A stretch of 64,000 nucleotides of DNA, taken from positions 124,069,741 through 124,133,740 of the forward strand of contig CM041465.1 in the NCBI GenBank assembly GCA_023213395.1, in the 5' to 3' direction. Position numbers and translations under genes: made by a program. The notes under the pieces are model-generated. The model was not told where the DNA came from. It did no database searches and was given only the letters and a program-made list of their open reading frames with translations. This DNA is from Cycas panzhihuaensis. Lineage: Eukaryota; Plantae; Cycadophyta. Below, piece by piece: positions 27,603 through 38,755 of the stretch (positions are counted from its first letter, which is position 1; the number at the start of each line of letters is the position of its first letter).

Positions 27603-28442
27603 TGTTGGGATATATTTTGACACAATGGGCTATGTGGATACCAGAGATAGGCTATATGACCTTGGATGTCCAGGTACAAACCGTACAGAGGTACGCATGA
27701 GGCAGAAAAAGAGGAAAAACAACATTTTGGGTATGTATGACAGGTGCATACCTGAAAAGGTACGTAGCACAGTATACGTACTTTTAGTGGTATGCAAAGA
27801 GACGGAAAAGGTACACATGGCAGAACCTGACAGATGGATACCTGGGATGATGTCAAACATACGTACGGACGTACGGATGATTAAGACAGCAGTTAAGAAG
27901 ATTAACTAATGACTAACAAAGAGGTACGCTTATGGCTGAAAGGGTACGGTTATGACAGGGAGTCATAACCCTTCAGCCAAAGTACACCAAGAAGGCGCAT
28001 TTAAGGGACTTCACAAAGACCATTCCGATAGGGTGAGAGCCAAGTATTCAGACACTCAGCAATATGGTAGCCAGTACGTAGGCAAGCAACACAAAACAAT
28101 GTATAATGATGTGCACTTTTGAGGAATGCATATGACAGCAGCAGTGTATGTGGCTAGAATGCACAGGGAATGCATTCCAACACCTATTGTATAAAGACTT
28201 ATTGCTTAATAAAGGAAGAGTTACGTGGAAATGTGGATTCTATGTGTTTTATGAGAATTGGATGATGAATATATGTTGTTTATTGTATTGCTGTGTGTAA
28301 ACTGTGACATGATTGTATGGAATTATGAACAAATTTGTGTGATCTAAGTGTATGAACATGTTGACTGTATCCTAGACTAGACTACCAGTGATACCTTGAC
28401 AAGGGTACTTATCTCAATAGGGAGATAAACCCCAAGTCAACA
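27603..28442 (+). repeat. 5' LTR of D (840 bp)
   Basis: Direct repeat of 37355-38176. Confidence 0.97.
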
Positions 28443-28443
28443 T

Positions 28444-28456
28444 TGGTTCCGTTGCC
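28444..28456 (+). promoter_or_regulatory. PBS of D, tRNA-Asp-like
   Basis: TGGTTCCGTTGCC versus the Athila-type TGGCGCCGTTGCC. Confidence 0.75.
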
Positions 28457-28578
28457 TATGTCCATTGAGGAGGGACGAGGCCCAGGAGTTTCAGAAGGGG
28501 GAGAATGTGCAAAAGACAAAGGACCACAGGTCGTCGTGATGGCGGTAGAACTAAGCCTCCAACCTGTGGGACCTTCCA

Positions 28579-31555
28579 ATGCCACCTAAGAGGCCTTCGA
28601 AGGCGGGAGAGCACAAAATGATACTTCACCTAAGGGGAAAGAAACAAGTAGACAGAGAACATTACGATGGTCAAAAGAGTCAAAATTGAGAAGGGCAAGA
28701 AGACTAAGTTTGCATAATAACGAGACTAAGGGACAGTCCGTGGAAGAATCTGAGCCAAGTGGAGCCTAGACACCTCAGGAGCAAGGAGAGGGAAATAATG
28801 GCGAACAAATGGTATTAACACCAACCCCAATCAAGCATGACCTGTTTAGCCCAGAGAGGGAAGAAAAACCAAAAATGAATGAGGAAAATAAAAACGCCCT
28901 AGGGAAGGAGGAGAATACACCTGTGGAAGATACCCCGAAGAACCTAAGTGATAACGAGAAAAAGGCAAAGGAAGGTCCCTCGGCATATTGAGAAAGCAAG
29001 TTAACAAGGCAGCTATTTGAGGATTCGTCAGACACAGGGTCTGAGCAATCGTATATAGTCATCACACCGCTGACGGTACAAGTGCCAGGTGTGCTAGAAC
29101 CTATACACCTAAAGACGCCATTCAAGAATCCCCTATTTGGAAGGGATAGCATTGCAGTAAGCTCTCCGAACACACCACCTAAAGTGAAGGGTGAAGAGGA
29201 AGAAGTAGAATCCCTTGAGGAGGAAAAAGGCGAAGAATCACCACTAGGTGGAACACCAGTGTAGTCACCCAAGATGAACGACTACAGAGATTTTGGAAAA
29301 TTGATCTTTAATGACACCTCAAATGCATCAGAGCATGTATATTTGTTCCAAAACTTGATTGATGTAAAGAAAATCACAAATGAAGATGAAATAAAGGCCA
29401 GATTCGCTTGCACATTGAGGGGAGTACCATTGGCATGGTACAAGGAGTTGAATAAGAAGGAAACATGGGCCAACATAAAGAAGTCTTTTAAGAAAAGGTT
29501 TCAAAAGTTTCGAAGCAATGAAGCGGTAGAAATTGCCTTAAGGGAAATCAAACAAAGATCGGGAGAATCAATATTGACTTATATCAGCCGAATGAAAATC
29601 ATCGCTGCCAATATGATCAATGAGACAATGACAGACCACAACATGAAGAATTATTTTGTCAGAGGATTAAATGAAAAGTTGAGATCTATGATGCATGCAC
29701 ATCCATTGAAGACATTCAAGAACCCCCAGGATTTGGCACTAGATTTCGAAGCAGAAATGGATGCTCAAGCCAGAGGGCACGATCCCCTTCTACTGAGATT
29801 ACAACAGGAGATAAGGGAAATCTCAAGTAGAATCAGCATAATCGACCCTTCTATCAGGTGGGAGTCTTGGAAGAGGAATCAGAAGTGGAAGATTTGAGAA
29901 AAGAAGTAGCAAGATTAAAGATGAAAAATAACAGAGAAGAGGAAGCGGCAAAGAAAAAGAAGGACCGCGAATTTAAGGTTGAAAAGTGGCGCCACATCTG
30001 TGAAGAAAGTTCGCACACGACAAAGGAATGTGAAATTAATCCGAAGAATAGTGCAATGCACCAAAAGGACAAATGGTGCCACATATGTGATGTGGATAGT
30101 CATACAACAAAGGATTGTTTTTATAATCCTAGAGGAAGATCGTACAGAGGACGAGGCAGGGGAAGAGGAGGCAACCCACCACGGAATGTATACACAATGA
30201 GGAGTATACAAGAATCCTCGAGAAAGAAACAACCCATGGAGAGATGTCTCATATGTCTACAATTTGGACATTGGAAATCGGAATGCCCAACTAAGCGAGA
30301 GTACAAACAAAAACCGTTCGTATGCAACAATTGTGGGCCAAGTGAGCATAGAACGAAAGATTGCAAAGGGAAAGCCAAAGCCACCAATTTAATGATGATC
30401 ATACCAGAGAGTAGTAAAAATGTAAAACTCCAAAAGAAGCAAAAGGAGAACGCAAAAGAAGGGTATCCAAACCTACAAACCGAGATAAACCGATTCAGAC
30501 AAGCGAAGTAGATATTGGGAGAGTTAACCCAGACAGACGCCATGCTGCCAATGGGTAAACTAGAAACTAAACATGTGTACATAAGAAAAAATAAACAAAA
30601 GGAGAAAGAGAAAGTACCGAAGGAGCAAAAAAAGCTACCTCAAATGGTACAAATTCAGGAATTATTTAAAGGGTTACCAGCCAAGGACATTCCACGAATG
30701 TTGTTGTTGATGGAAAACTTGGTCAAACAATTACAACTAACGATCCCCCTATGTCAAGTAATAGATTGGATTAAGAGAGGAATATTACAACAACAAGGGA
30801 TTACCAAGAGTCTAAAGAAAGTAATGCCATCATTCGACATGGACCCAATGGTAACAATCACTATGTTGGGAGAACGATTCTCAAGGGTAATCGTGGATGG
30901 AGGAGCTACCGTGAATGTACTGCCAACCTCGACATGGCAGAAGTTGGGAAGCCCAAAGTTGGAGGCAGCAACTTATTCGTTGAAGCTAGCCAGTGAATTG
31001 TTGGTACGACCCGTGGGAAAACTTGCCAACATCAAGGTGGATGTGGCGGGAATTGTCGTTAAAATCGATTTCACCATTGTGGAGACAGAGAAGGGTGCAA
31101 CACCCTATTCAGCCTTATTGGGGAGACCTTGGTTATACAAAACACAATGTATCCAGAGTTGGAAAGATGTAACCTTCACATTGTTAGATGGAGGAAATGA
31201 AGTAGTATTACCAATGTTGGGAAAAAATTCGATCGAAGTAATACCCAATGACGGTTCAAGCATGACTATTGTGAGTGAAGCAACAGGATCTTCATTTGAC
31301 GAAGGAAATCTCTACCACACAGCCAAAGAACCAACCAAAATGATCGACCTCCAAGAAATAGAGCTGACTTACTTTGGAGAAATCTATAATTCTTCAGATG
31401 ATGAAAACGGGATGAAATTTGTGGACTATTGGTTGCAAGATGCTTATGAAGTTAATTCTCCTTCTCATAGGTGTAATTTACTATCTAAATATGTAACTGA
31501 AAACATTAACGATAATTCAAATTCTTTTGAGTATATGGCAACTAGCGGAGCATAG
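28579..31555 (+). pseudogene. Gag and aspartic protease of D
   Basis: MPPKR start; capsid domain (FACTLRGVPLAWY…TWANIKKSF); four CCHC knuckles; protease VIVDGGATVNV…LLGRPWL; a few stops and frameshifts. Confidence 0.92.
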
Positions 31556-31918
31556 CGTATAATACTGAGGAACTAATGATAGCCTAACCCTAGACCAAAA
31601 CCCCCTAGTATACCTAGTTTATTCCATAACTCTATAGTATCTAGTACTAATCCTAACTCCTCCTCTACCCTAGGCGTAGGTCCTAAGGTAGATTACCTAC
31701 CCCCCCTCCTATTACAACCTGGGGAAGGAAGTAGTAATCCTTCCTCATCCTCTTTAGAAGTATACCCACCCAGCAATCGGTCCCTTCCAACAATTGGTGC
31801 CAAACCCGAGGAAATGGAGGAGGAATCGGCAAAAAATACTTCTAGAGACTCAGGTCTAGGTAGTAGGATAACCATCCCAGAGGAGAGACACTTTGAAACT
31901 TACATTGGAGATTATGTT

Positions 31919-32400
31919 AAACCCTTCTATGGAGAGCAATTATACGGAACTACCCATCTAATCCATTACATAGAATATTGAATGGAGGAAGGGAACTGGG
32001 ACAAGAATTAGTGGCAGAAGGATCTAGTACTCACCTTACGAGGAACGGCCTGGTGTTGGTATTTAACCCACCAAGTTACCCTCCAGGGATGGAAAGAATT
32101 ACAAGCTGCATTTAGAGTATGATTCGACCACCCCAAACAACTAAACATTCCATTATTCCATGTAAGGAAATGCCGTAGCAAACATATTCAGAAATGTAAA
32201 CAAGAATGGACATCCTTAAGCATACCAAAGAAAACATGATCTAACCTCTTTTATCATACCCTAGGACAAGTGGCAAGGGATTAGTTCCTAGGAAGAGAAC
32301 AAAACCTAGATGTAACTTGGGGAAACCTTAAAAAATCTTTTATAAAAACTTTTATACATTCATCAGAAGATAAGGATATCAACAAAGTACTTAAGGGTAT
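31919..32400 (+). pseudogene. Two tandem Gag/capsid-like domains between protease and RT of D
   Basis: Manual translation in the PR/RT frame: PFYGE…HLIHYIEY…LVLTLRGTAWCWY…WKELQAAF and LF…HIQKCKQEW…LFYHTLGQVARD*F…TWGNLKKSFIKTF. Confidence 0.7.
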
Positions 32401-32407
32401 TAGGAGA

Positions 32408-35363
32408 ATGAGTATAAACCAAGAACAAGGAGCCATAACACCAATGAATAAAGAGAAGGAAGAATCAAAAACCAATGAAGGAGAAGAAATCCCTAGTTAT
32501 CCTGTGGAGTTTACTGAAATCAATGTTGGAGAAAGGAAAATAGAAGATACCCCTGCTCATAAAATAGGAGACAAAGAAGGTATCGAAGCAACCAAACTAA
32601 AAACAACCGAAATTAATGTGGGGAGTAAGGAGGAACCTAAAACAATACAAATCAGAGATTACTGGGACGATCAGACAATAGCTAAGGCCCAACAACTGTT
32701 TGAAGAATTTCGTGACGTATTCTCATGGTCATACAAGGATCTGAAGGGTATTCCCCCAGAAGTGGGAATGCATCACATCGACTTGATGGAAGGAGCAAAG
32801 CTAGTGAAACAAAGACCATATCGCATGAATCCTAAGTATAAAGAAAGAGTAAAAGCAGAGTTGGACAAAATGTTGGAGGCAAGGTATGTATATGAAATCG
32901 ACTACAGCGACTGGGTGAGCTCTGTAGTAGTGGTTCCCAAGAAGAATGGGAAAATATGCATTTGTGTGGACTACAGACAACTAAATAAGGTGACGAAGAA
33001 GGATCCCTTTCCGTTACCCTTTACAGAAGATATTTTGGAAGCTGTGGGAGGAAATGAGATATGTTCCTTCACCGACGGATTTAGTGGATATAACCAAGTG
33101 CAAATCGCTCTGGAAGATCAAGCGAAGACCACGTTTGTTACAGAATGGGGAACGTACGCCTACAGAGTGATGCCATTCGGTCTTACGAATGCTCTAGCCA
33201 CATTTCAGAGAATAGTAATCAATATATTTCGTAGAATGATTGGGGAAAAAGTGGCAGTATTTCTGGATGATTGGACATTATATGGGTTTATGAAAAACCA
33301 TATGGAAAACCTGAGGGAGATGTTGCAAATATGTCGGCAGAATAAGTTATGTTTGAATCCAGAAAAGTGTACCTTTTTGGTACCTTTGGGAATCTATTAG
33401 GACACATAGTAAGTAAAGAAGGATTGTTAACAGATCCAGCCAAAGTATCTGCAATCCTACATTTTCCGGTACCACTCACGAAGAGGCAATTGAAGGGATT
33501 CTTGGGACTAATTGGATATTATAGAAAATTCATTAGGGGGTACGCATGCATATCAAGACCTCTTGAGGAGTTGTTAAAGAAGAATGCTGAATGGGATTAG
33601 ACAGAAGAACAACAGCAAGCATTTGAAGCATTGAAGAAAGATATAATATCAGCACCTATACTACGGTTTCCCGATTGGAAGAAAATCTTCCATGTGCACG
33701 TCAATGCCTCGCAATACGCTATTGGATGCGTCTTGGCACAAACAAGTGATGAAAAAGTGGATTATCCGATATACTTTGCAAGATGGAAGCTCACGAAAGC
33801 ATAACAGAATTATACCACAATGGAAAAAGAAGCTCTCGGAATCATGTATGCATTGCAGAAATTCCAACACTGCCTGTTATCAAATCCATTCCTGTTCTTC
33901 ATCAACCATCAAGCACTCATGTACCTAGTAAATAAACCAATAATGAGGTGATAGATTAGCAGGTGGTTAATGTTATTTCAAGAATTCTCCTTTAAAATCA
34001 TTGTGAAACCAGGAAAAGCTCACATCATCCTCGACCAATTATCAAGAATTCCAAATGGGGAAAATGCTACAGGGGTGCCAGATAATTTTCTTAACGCTGC
34101 ATTATTCAGTGTAGAGGCAGTACCAACAAACTGGTATGAGGGAATACCAGAATACTTAGTAACTAGGGAGGTACCACCAGAATTAGACCACACAGAACAA
34201 CAGAATTCTGTGAGAAAAGCAGAGCCATACCAATTGATAAAAGGGGAGTTATACAAAGTAGGACCAGATGAGGTGTTACAGCGGTGCATCAGGCCACATG
34301 AGGTCAACCAAATTATGGCCCAAGCACATGAAGGCATAGCACGAGGACACATGGGGAAGTTAGCGACATGGAGGAAGATTTTGATGTCAGGATTTTGGTG
34401 GCCATCAATGTTCAAGGACGTAAGAAGGTGGATCCAAGCATGCGCCTATTGTCAAAGAGTTGGGAAACCTAATCGGTAAAATTTCCAACCCCTACACCCA
34501 ATCTTACTTCTAGCGCCGTTCGAAAAATGGGAGCTCGATTTCGTCGGACCAATCAAACCAACTGCCTGGTGATCCCAATCCTGATTTATCCTAGTGGCAT
34601 GACTAAATAGGTGGAAGCGAGGGCGTTAAGGAAAGCAAACTCAGAAAGTATAGCCCGATTTCTTTATGAAGTGATTATTACGAGATTTGGATGCCCTTTA
34701 GAAATTGTAAGTGATCAAGGGGCCCATTTTCTCAACCAAACCATAGAGGTGTTCACATCAACTTTCATGATAAGCCATAGGAAGTCCATGCCATACTACC
34801 CAAGGGCAAATGGGCAAGCAAAAAGCTCAAATAAGACTATCGAGAATTGTCTAAGGAAGATCTGCGACGTAGGAAGATCCAACTCAGCCGAGAAACTTCC
34901 ATCAGTATTATGGGCTTTCAGAACAACGTACAAAAAATCAACCAGGCAAACACCATTTTAGCTAGTCTATAGAACATAAGCCATCATTCCTAGAGAATTC
35001 GAGATACCAAGCCTGAGAACCGCTATGCAATGTTGCTTAGACGACTTCCACTCCTTACGACAGAGATTAGAAGAATTTGTGAGACTAGAAAAAAAGAGGT
35101 ATATGGCAAAATGGTTACAAAATATAGAAAAACAACGACAAAAGGCGTGGCACGATCAACACCTATGCAACCCACAGTTTAAGGAAGGTGACCAAGTCCT
35201 TCTCTACGACAGCAAGTTCAGAATGCACCCCGGCAAGCTTAAAATGAGATGGTTAGGACCTTATATTGCAGAACAAGTCTTTGAAAATGGGTCTGTACAA
35301 TTGCGGGAAATCGATGGACCATTGTTACCAACCCGAGTGAATGGTAGCCGACTGAAACTGTAG
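32408..35363 (+). pseudogene. RT-RNaseH-integrase of D
   Basis: CVDYRQLN, DGFSGYNQV, MPFGLTNA, FLDD; RH NYTTMEKE; H2C2 zinc finger; SDQGAHF; WLGPY. Confidence 0.96.
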
Positions 35364-35644
35364 GTCGATTAGAAGGAATTACCAGCCGGATCAGCTGGTT
35401 GTATCATACGTGTTGCATGACGTTGAGGCAAATTAGATTGCCTTGATACCGGAATATGATCCAGTTCGGTATGGAAGCATAAAATTACAAAAAAATCAAA
35501 AAACAAGAAAAAGAATTGAACTCATACCATATACATAAGCAATAGGAAAAATCATCAAAAGAAGGATATATCGTGATGAAAAGAATCAAGAATGAGATGG
35601 AATTCTGTCAAAGAAGCCAGATTTTTCACACATGTACCAACAAA

Positions 35645-35890
35645 ACACACTATACGTACCAGGAAAGTATGTTACCAGGTACGCACTATGTAAAATAAGC
35701 CAAAATACACTATACATACTAGAAAAGTACACCACCGGGTACGCACAGTTAAAAAAAGGTGAATAAGTCATTCAAAATACATTATACGTACCAAAAACGT
35801 ATGCTACTGGGTACGCACAGTTAAAAAAGTAAATAAGTTAATCAAATTATATTATATGTACCTTAAAAGTATGTTGTCGGGTACGCATAA
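35645..35890 (+). repeat. Four degenerate ~60-75-bp tandem repeats between pol and the extra ORF
   Basis: Recurring TATACGTACC…AAAGTATG…GGTACGCA unit. Confidence 0.8.
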
Positions 35891-36171
35891 GACAAAAGGC
35901 CGAATAAGACGAACATATATAGTATGTACCTGCAAGCATTCTCGCACAGTACACAACAGAGAAAGGAGGACCATTCGGCTCGAATTCTCAGCAGCAAATA
36001 GCCAAAAGGAACCCTTGTGACCCAGGGAAGCAGAAGGACAAAATTCAGCACAAGTTTTGATGAATGCTTCAAGAAAACAGTGACCATTCCGAAAAAGGTA
36101 CGTACGTAGGGTTCGTATTGGTACTCCTTGGTTTTTTCAGTCCTATTTCTGGAATCCCATAGCCCGTCATC

Positions 36172-37170
36172 ATGAGAAGAGCACGTTGCCAAGAGACCTT
36201 CCTGCCCAAGTTATGGAAAGAGCTAGAGACATTGCCTTCCCAATTTCAAATTAAAGTCAAGAAGGCAGGTTGGGAAGAATATATATACTGCAACCCTCTC
36301 TATTGTGACCAAGAGCTTATGGAAAGCATCTTATTAGAGCTTAAAAAGGATGTGAAGAAGATCAAACTAGACGCAGAAATAATTCACCTAATAATAGGAC
36401 TTCCAAACGTAGGAGAGGTTCCTATGGCCACTAAAAGGTCAGAAGTGGACCGTGAGACTTGGTTGAAGGGGTTTTGCCAAGAAAACACTCAACTGACCTC
36501 AGGAGGGATTTAGGTGGTTGATATAAAAGATGCCAGGTTACAATGGGTAGCCAAAGTTATCAATTCTAAATTTTTATCAAAAAGAAAGTACACATACATT
36601 CCAGGAGGAATGATGCCAGTATTACCAAAGATCCAGGATGGAGAAAAGTTGGATTGGTCAGAATTCTTAGCGGTAAACATGAGACGACAAATTCAAGAAG
36701 TAATGACACACCCTTTCTGTCACCCTTCCTTGTTGTTAGCTATCCTATTTTATCAATGTCTAGGTGTACAGCTAACAAAAACAACAATCTCTCCAAATGA
36801 ACCACTTATAAAGCAATGGATGACTAAGTTTCCAGACACTACTCAGGACCAGGAATTGAGAAAAAGGATTCAAAAGAAAATGACCAAAGTTCTTAAATGG
36901 CTACAACAAACCCCCAGAACACCCATTCCTCATCGTGCCAAACAAACAATCCAAAAAAGCAGTAAAAGGAAGAAAGATGAAGAAGAACCTGAAGAGGAGG
37001 AAGAAGTGGAGCCCTCATTGGAAGAATGGGCAGAATTCCCTCCTGTAATGGAAACAGGAGAAACATCAGCGCCTTCTCCGTCAGATAATAAATCATGACA
37101 AATTATCCAATTAATCAAAGAAATGGAAGAAGGGTACAAACTAGAGATAGTTGCTCTTCAGGAAAATTAA
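36172..37170 (+). pseudogene. Extra sense ORF downstream of integrase (Athila env-like / plant-transposon-protein type)
   Basis: ORFs 36172-36513 and 36514-37098 are contiguous in one frame across a single TAG. Motifs AEIIHLIIGLP and DWSEFLA, a hydrophobic LLLAILFY stretch, and an acidic/coiled-coil tail. Confidence 0.75.
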
Positions 37171-37354
37171 GGAAAAGGATGCGATAATAGCGACACTTAC
37201 CCAAATAAATGAAGAAATTTTGGCTACAAAGGACTCATTAGTAGGGCAAGGGCAGCAAGAGTAGCCCTAAGACAGAGAGGGGGAGGGTATCCCAAAATTT
37301 TAAAAATTTTGTTGAGCAAGGATGCTCAAACCCATCATCTTGACCCGGGATAGA

Positions 37355-38176
37355 TGTTGGGACATATTTTGACACAATGGGCTATGTGGATACCAGAGAT
37401 AGGCTGTATGACCTTGGATGTGCAGGTACGGACCGTACGGAGGTACGCATGAGGTAGAAAAAGAGGAAAAACAACATTCTGGGTACGTATGACAGGTGCG
37501 TACCTGAAAAGGTATGCAACACAATATACGTACTTCTGACAGTACGCAAGGAGACGGAAAAGGTACACATGGCAGAACCTGATAGATGGATACCTGGAAT
37601 GACGTCAAACGTACATACGGACATACGGATGATTAAGACAGTAGCTAAGAAGATTAACTAATGACTAACAAAGAGGTATGCTTATGGCTGAAAGGGTACG
37701 ATTATGACAGGGAGTCATAACCCTTCAGCCAAAGGACACCAAGAAGGTGCATTTATGGGACTTCACAAGGACCATTCCGGTAGGGTGAGAGCCAAGTATT
37801 CAGACACTCGGCAGTACGGTAGCTAGTACGTATGCAACCAGCACAAAGCAGTGTATAATGATGTGTACTTTCCGGGAATGCATATGATGAAGAAGTATGT
37901 GGCTAGAATGCACAGGGAATGCATTCTAGCACCTATTGTATAAAGACTTATTGCTTAACGTGGAAATGTGGATTCTATGTGTTTTATGAGAATTGGATGA
38001 TGAATATGTGATGTTTATTGTATTGTTGTGTGTAAACTGTGACATGATTATATGGAATTATGAACAAATCTCTGTGATCTAAGTGTATGAACATATTGAT
38101 TGTATCCTAGACTAGACTGCCAGTGATAGCTTGACAAGTGTACTTATCTCAATAGGGAGATAAACCCAAGTCAACA
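37355..38176 (+). repeat. 3' LTR of D (822 bp)
   Basis: Direct repeat of 27603-28442. Confidence 0.97.
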
Positions 38177-38755
38177 CTATTCAATACACCACTTGAACCA
38201 AGCGAGAGTTCATTTGTAATTAAAATGCCATTAGCAATTCAAATTCTAGAGGTAGAAGGAATTATTCAAGTGAAAGCCCCTGCAAGTGATTCGCTATTCA
38301 AGAAGGAAGAGACAACACCAAAGGAAGGATTGTCACCCAAAGTTAACATAACAAGAGGAAGCATATTGACACCAAGGACACCTCTCAAGATGGCATACCC
38401 TCGATATCATAACGAAAGTGCATTCAACTATCTATTATTCAATGGGGTTACAGATGTAACAGAGCATTTGTACCTATTTAAGAACATGATTGAAGTAAGA
38501 AACATTACTAATGAGAAGGATATCAAAGGAAGATTTCTTTGCGCACTGAGTGGAGTGTTGTTGATGTGGTATAAAGAACTAGATGCAGCTACAAAAGCTT
38601 GGCAAATAATTTGTGATGCCTTCCAAGAGAGATTTTAGAAGTTACAAAGCAATGAGGCCATCTTGCAAGCAGTAGAGAATCTTAAGCAATGGTTAAGGGA
38701 ATCAATATTGGACTACTCAAGTCATATGTCTATTGTAGCCGCCAATATTACTAGT

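Larger units (their letters stand above)
27603..38176 (+). mobile_element. Near-complete Ty3/gypsy Athila-like element D with an extra 3' ORF
   Basis: LTRs 27603-28442 and 37355-38176 (TGTTG…CAACA); perfect TSD CTATT (27598-27602 / 38177-38181); tRNA-Asp-like PBS; gag-PR-RT-RH-INT order; no chromodomain. Confidence 0.96.
26185..38755 (+). mobile_element. Gypsy element C (5' LTR ~26185-27035 plus gag); host of D; truncated at E
   Basis: Gag start MPPKK at 27216 in the same context as D (GACCTTCYAATGCCACCTAAG). Gag resumes after D at 38182 (FNGVTDVTEHLYLFKNMIEV…LSGVLLMWYKEL) and is homologous to D gag. LTR start approximate. Confidence 0.75.

Noticed and set aside
27574-27909. ORFs within D LTRs (also 37300-37624) and antisense ORFs over gag/pol
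   Set aside because: Not preserved between the two LTR copies, or simple shadow frames of the coding strand
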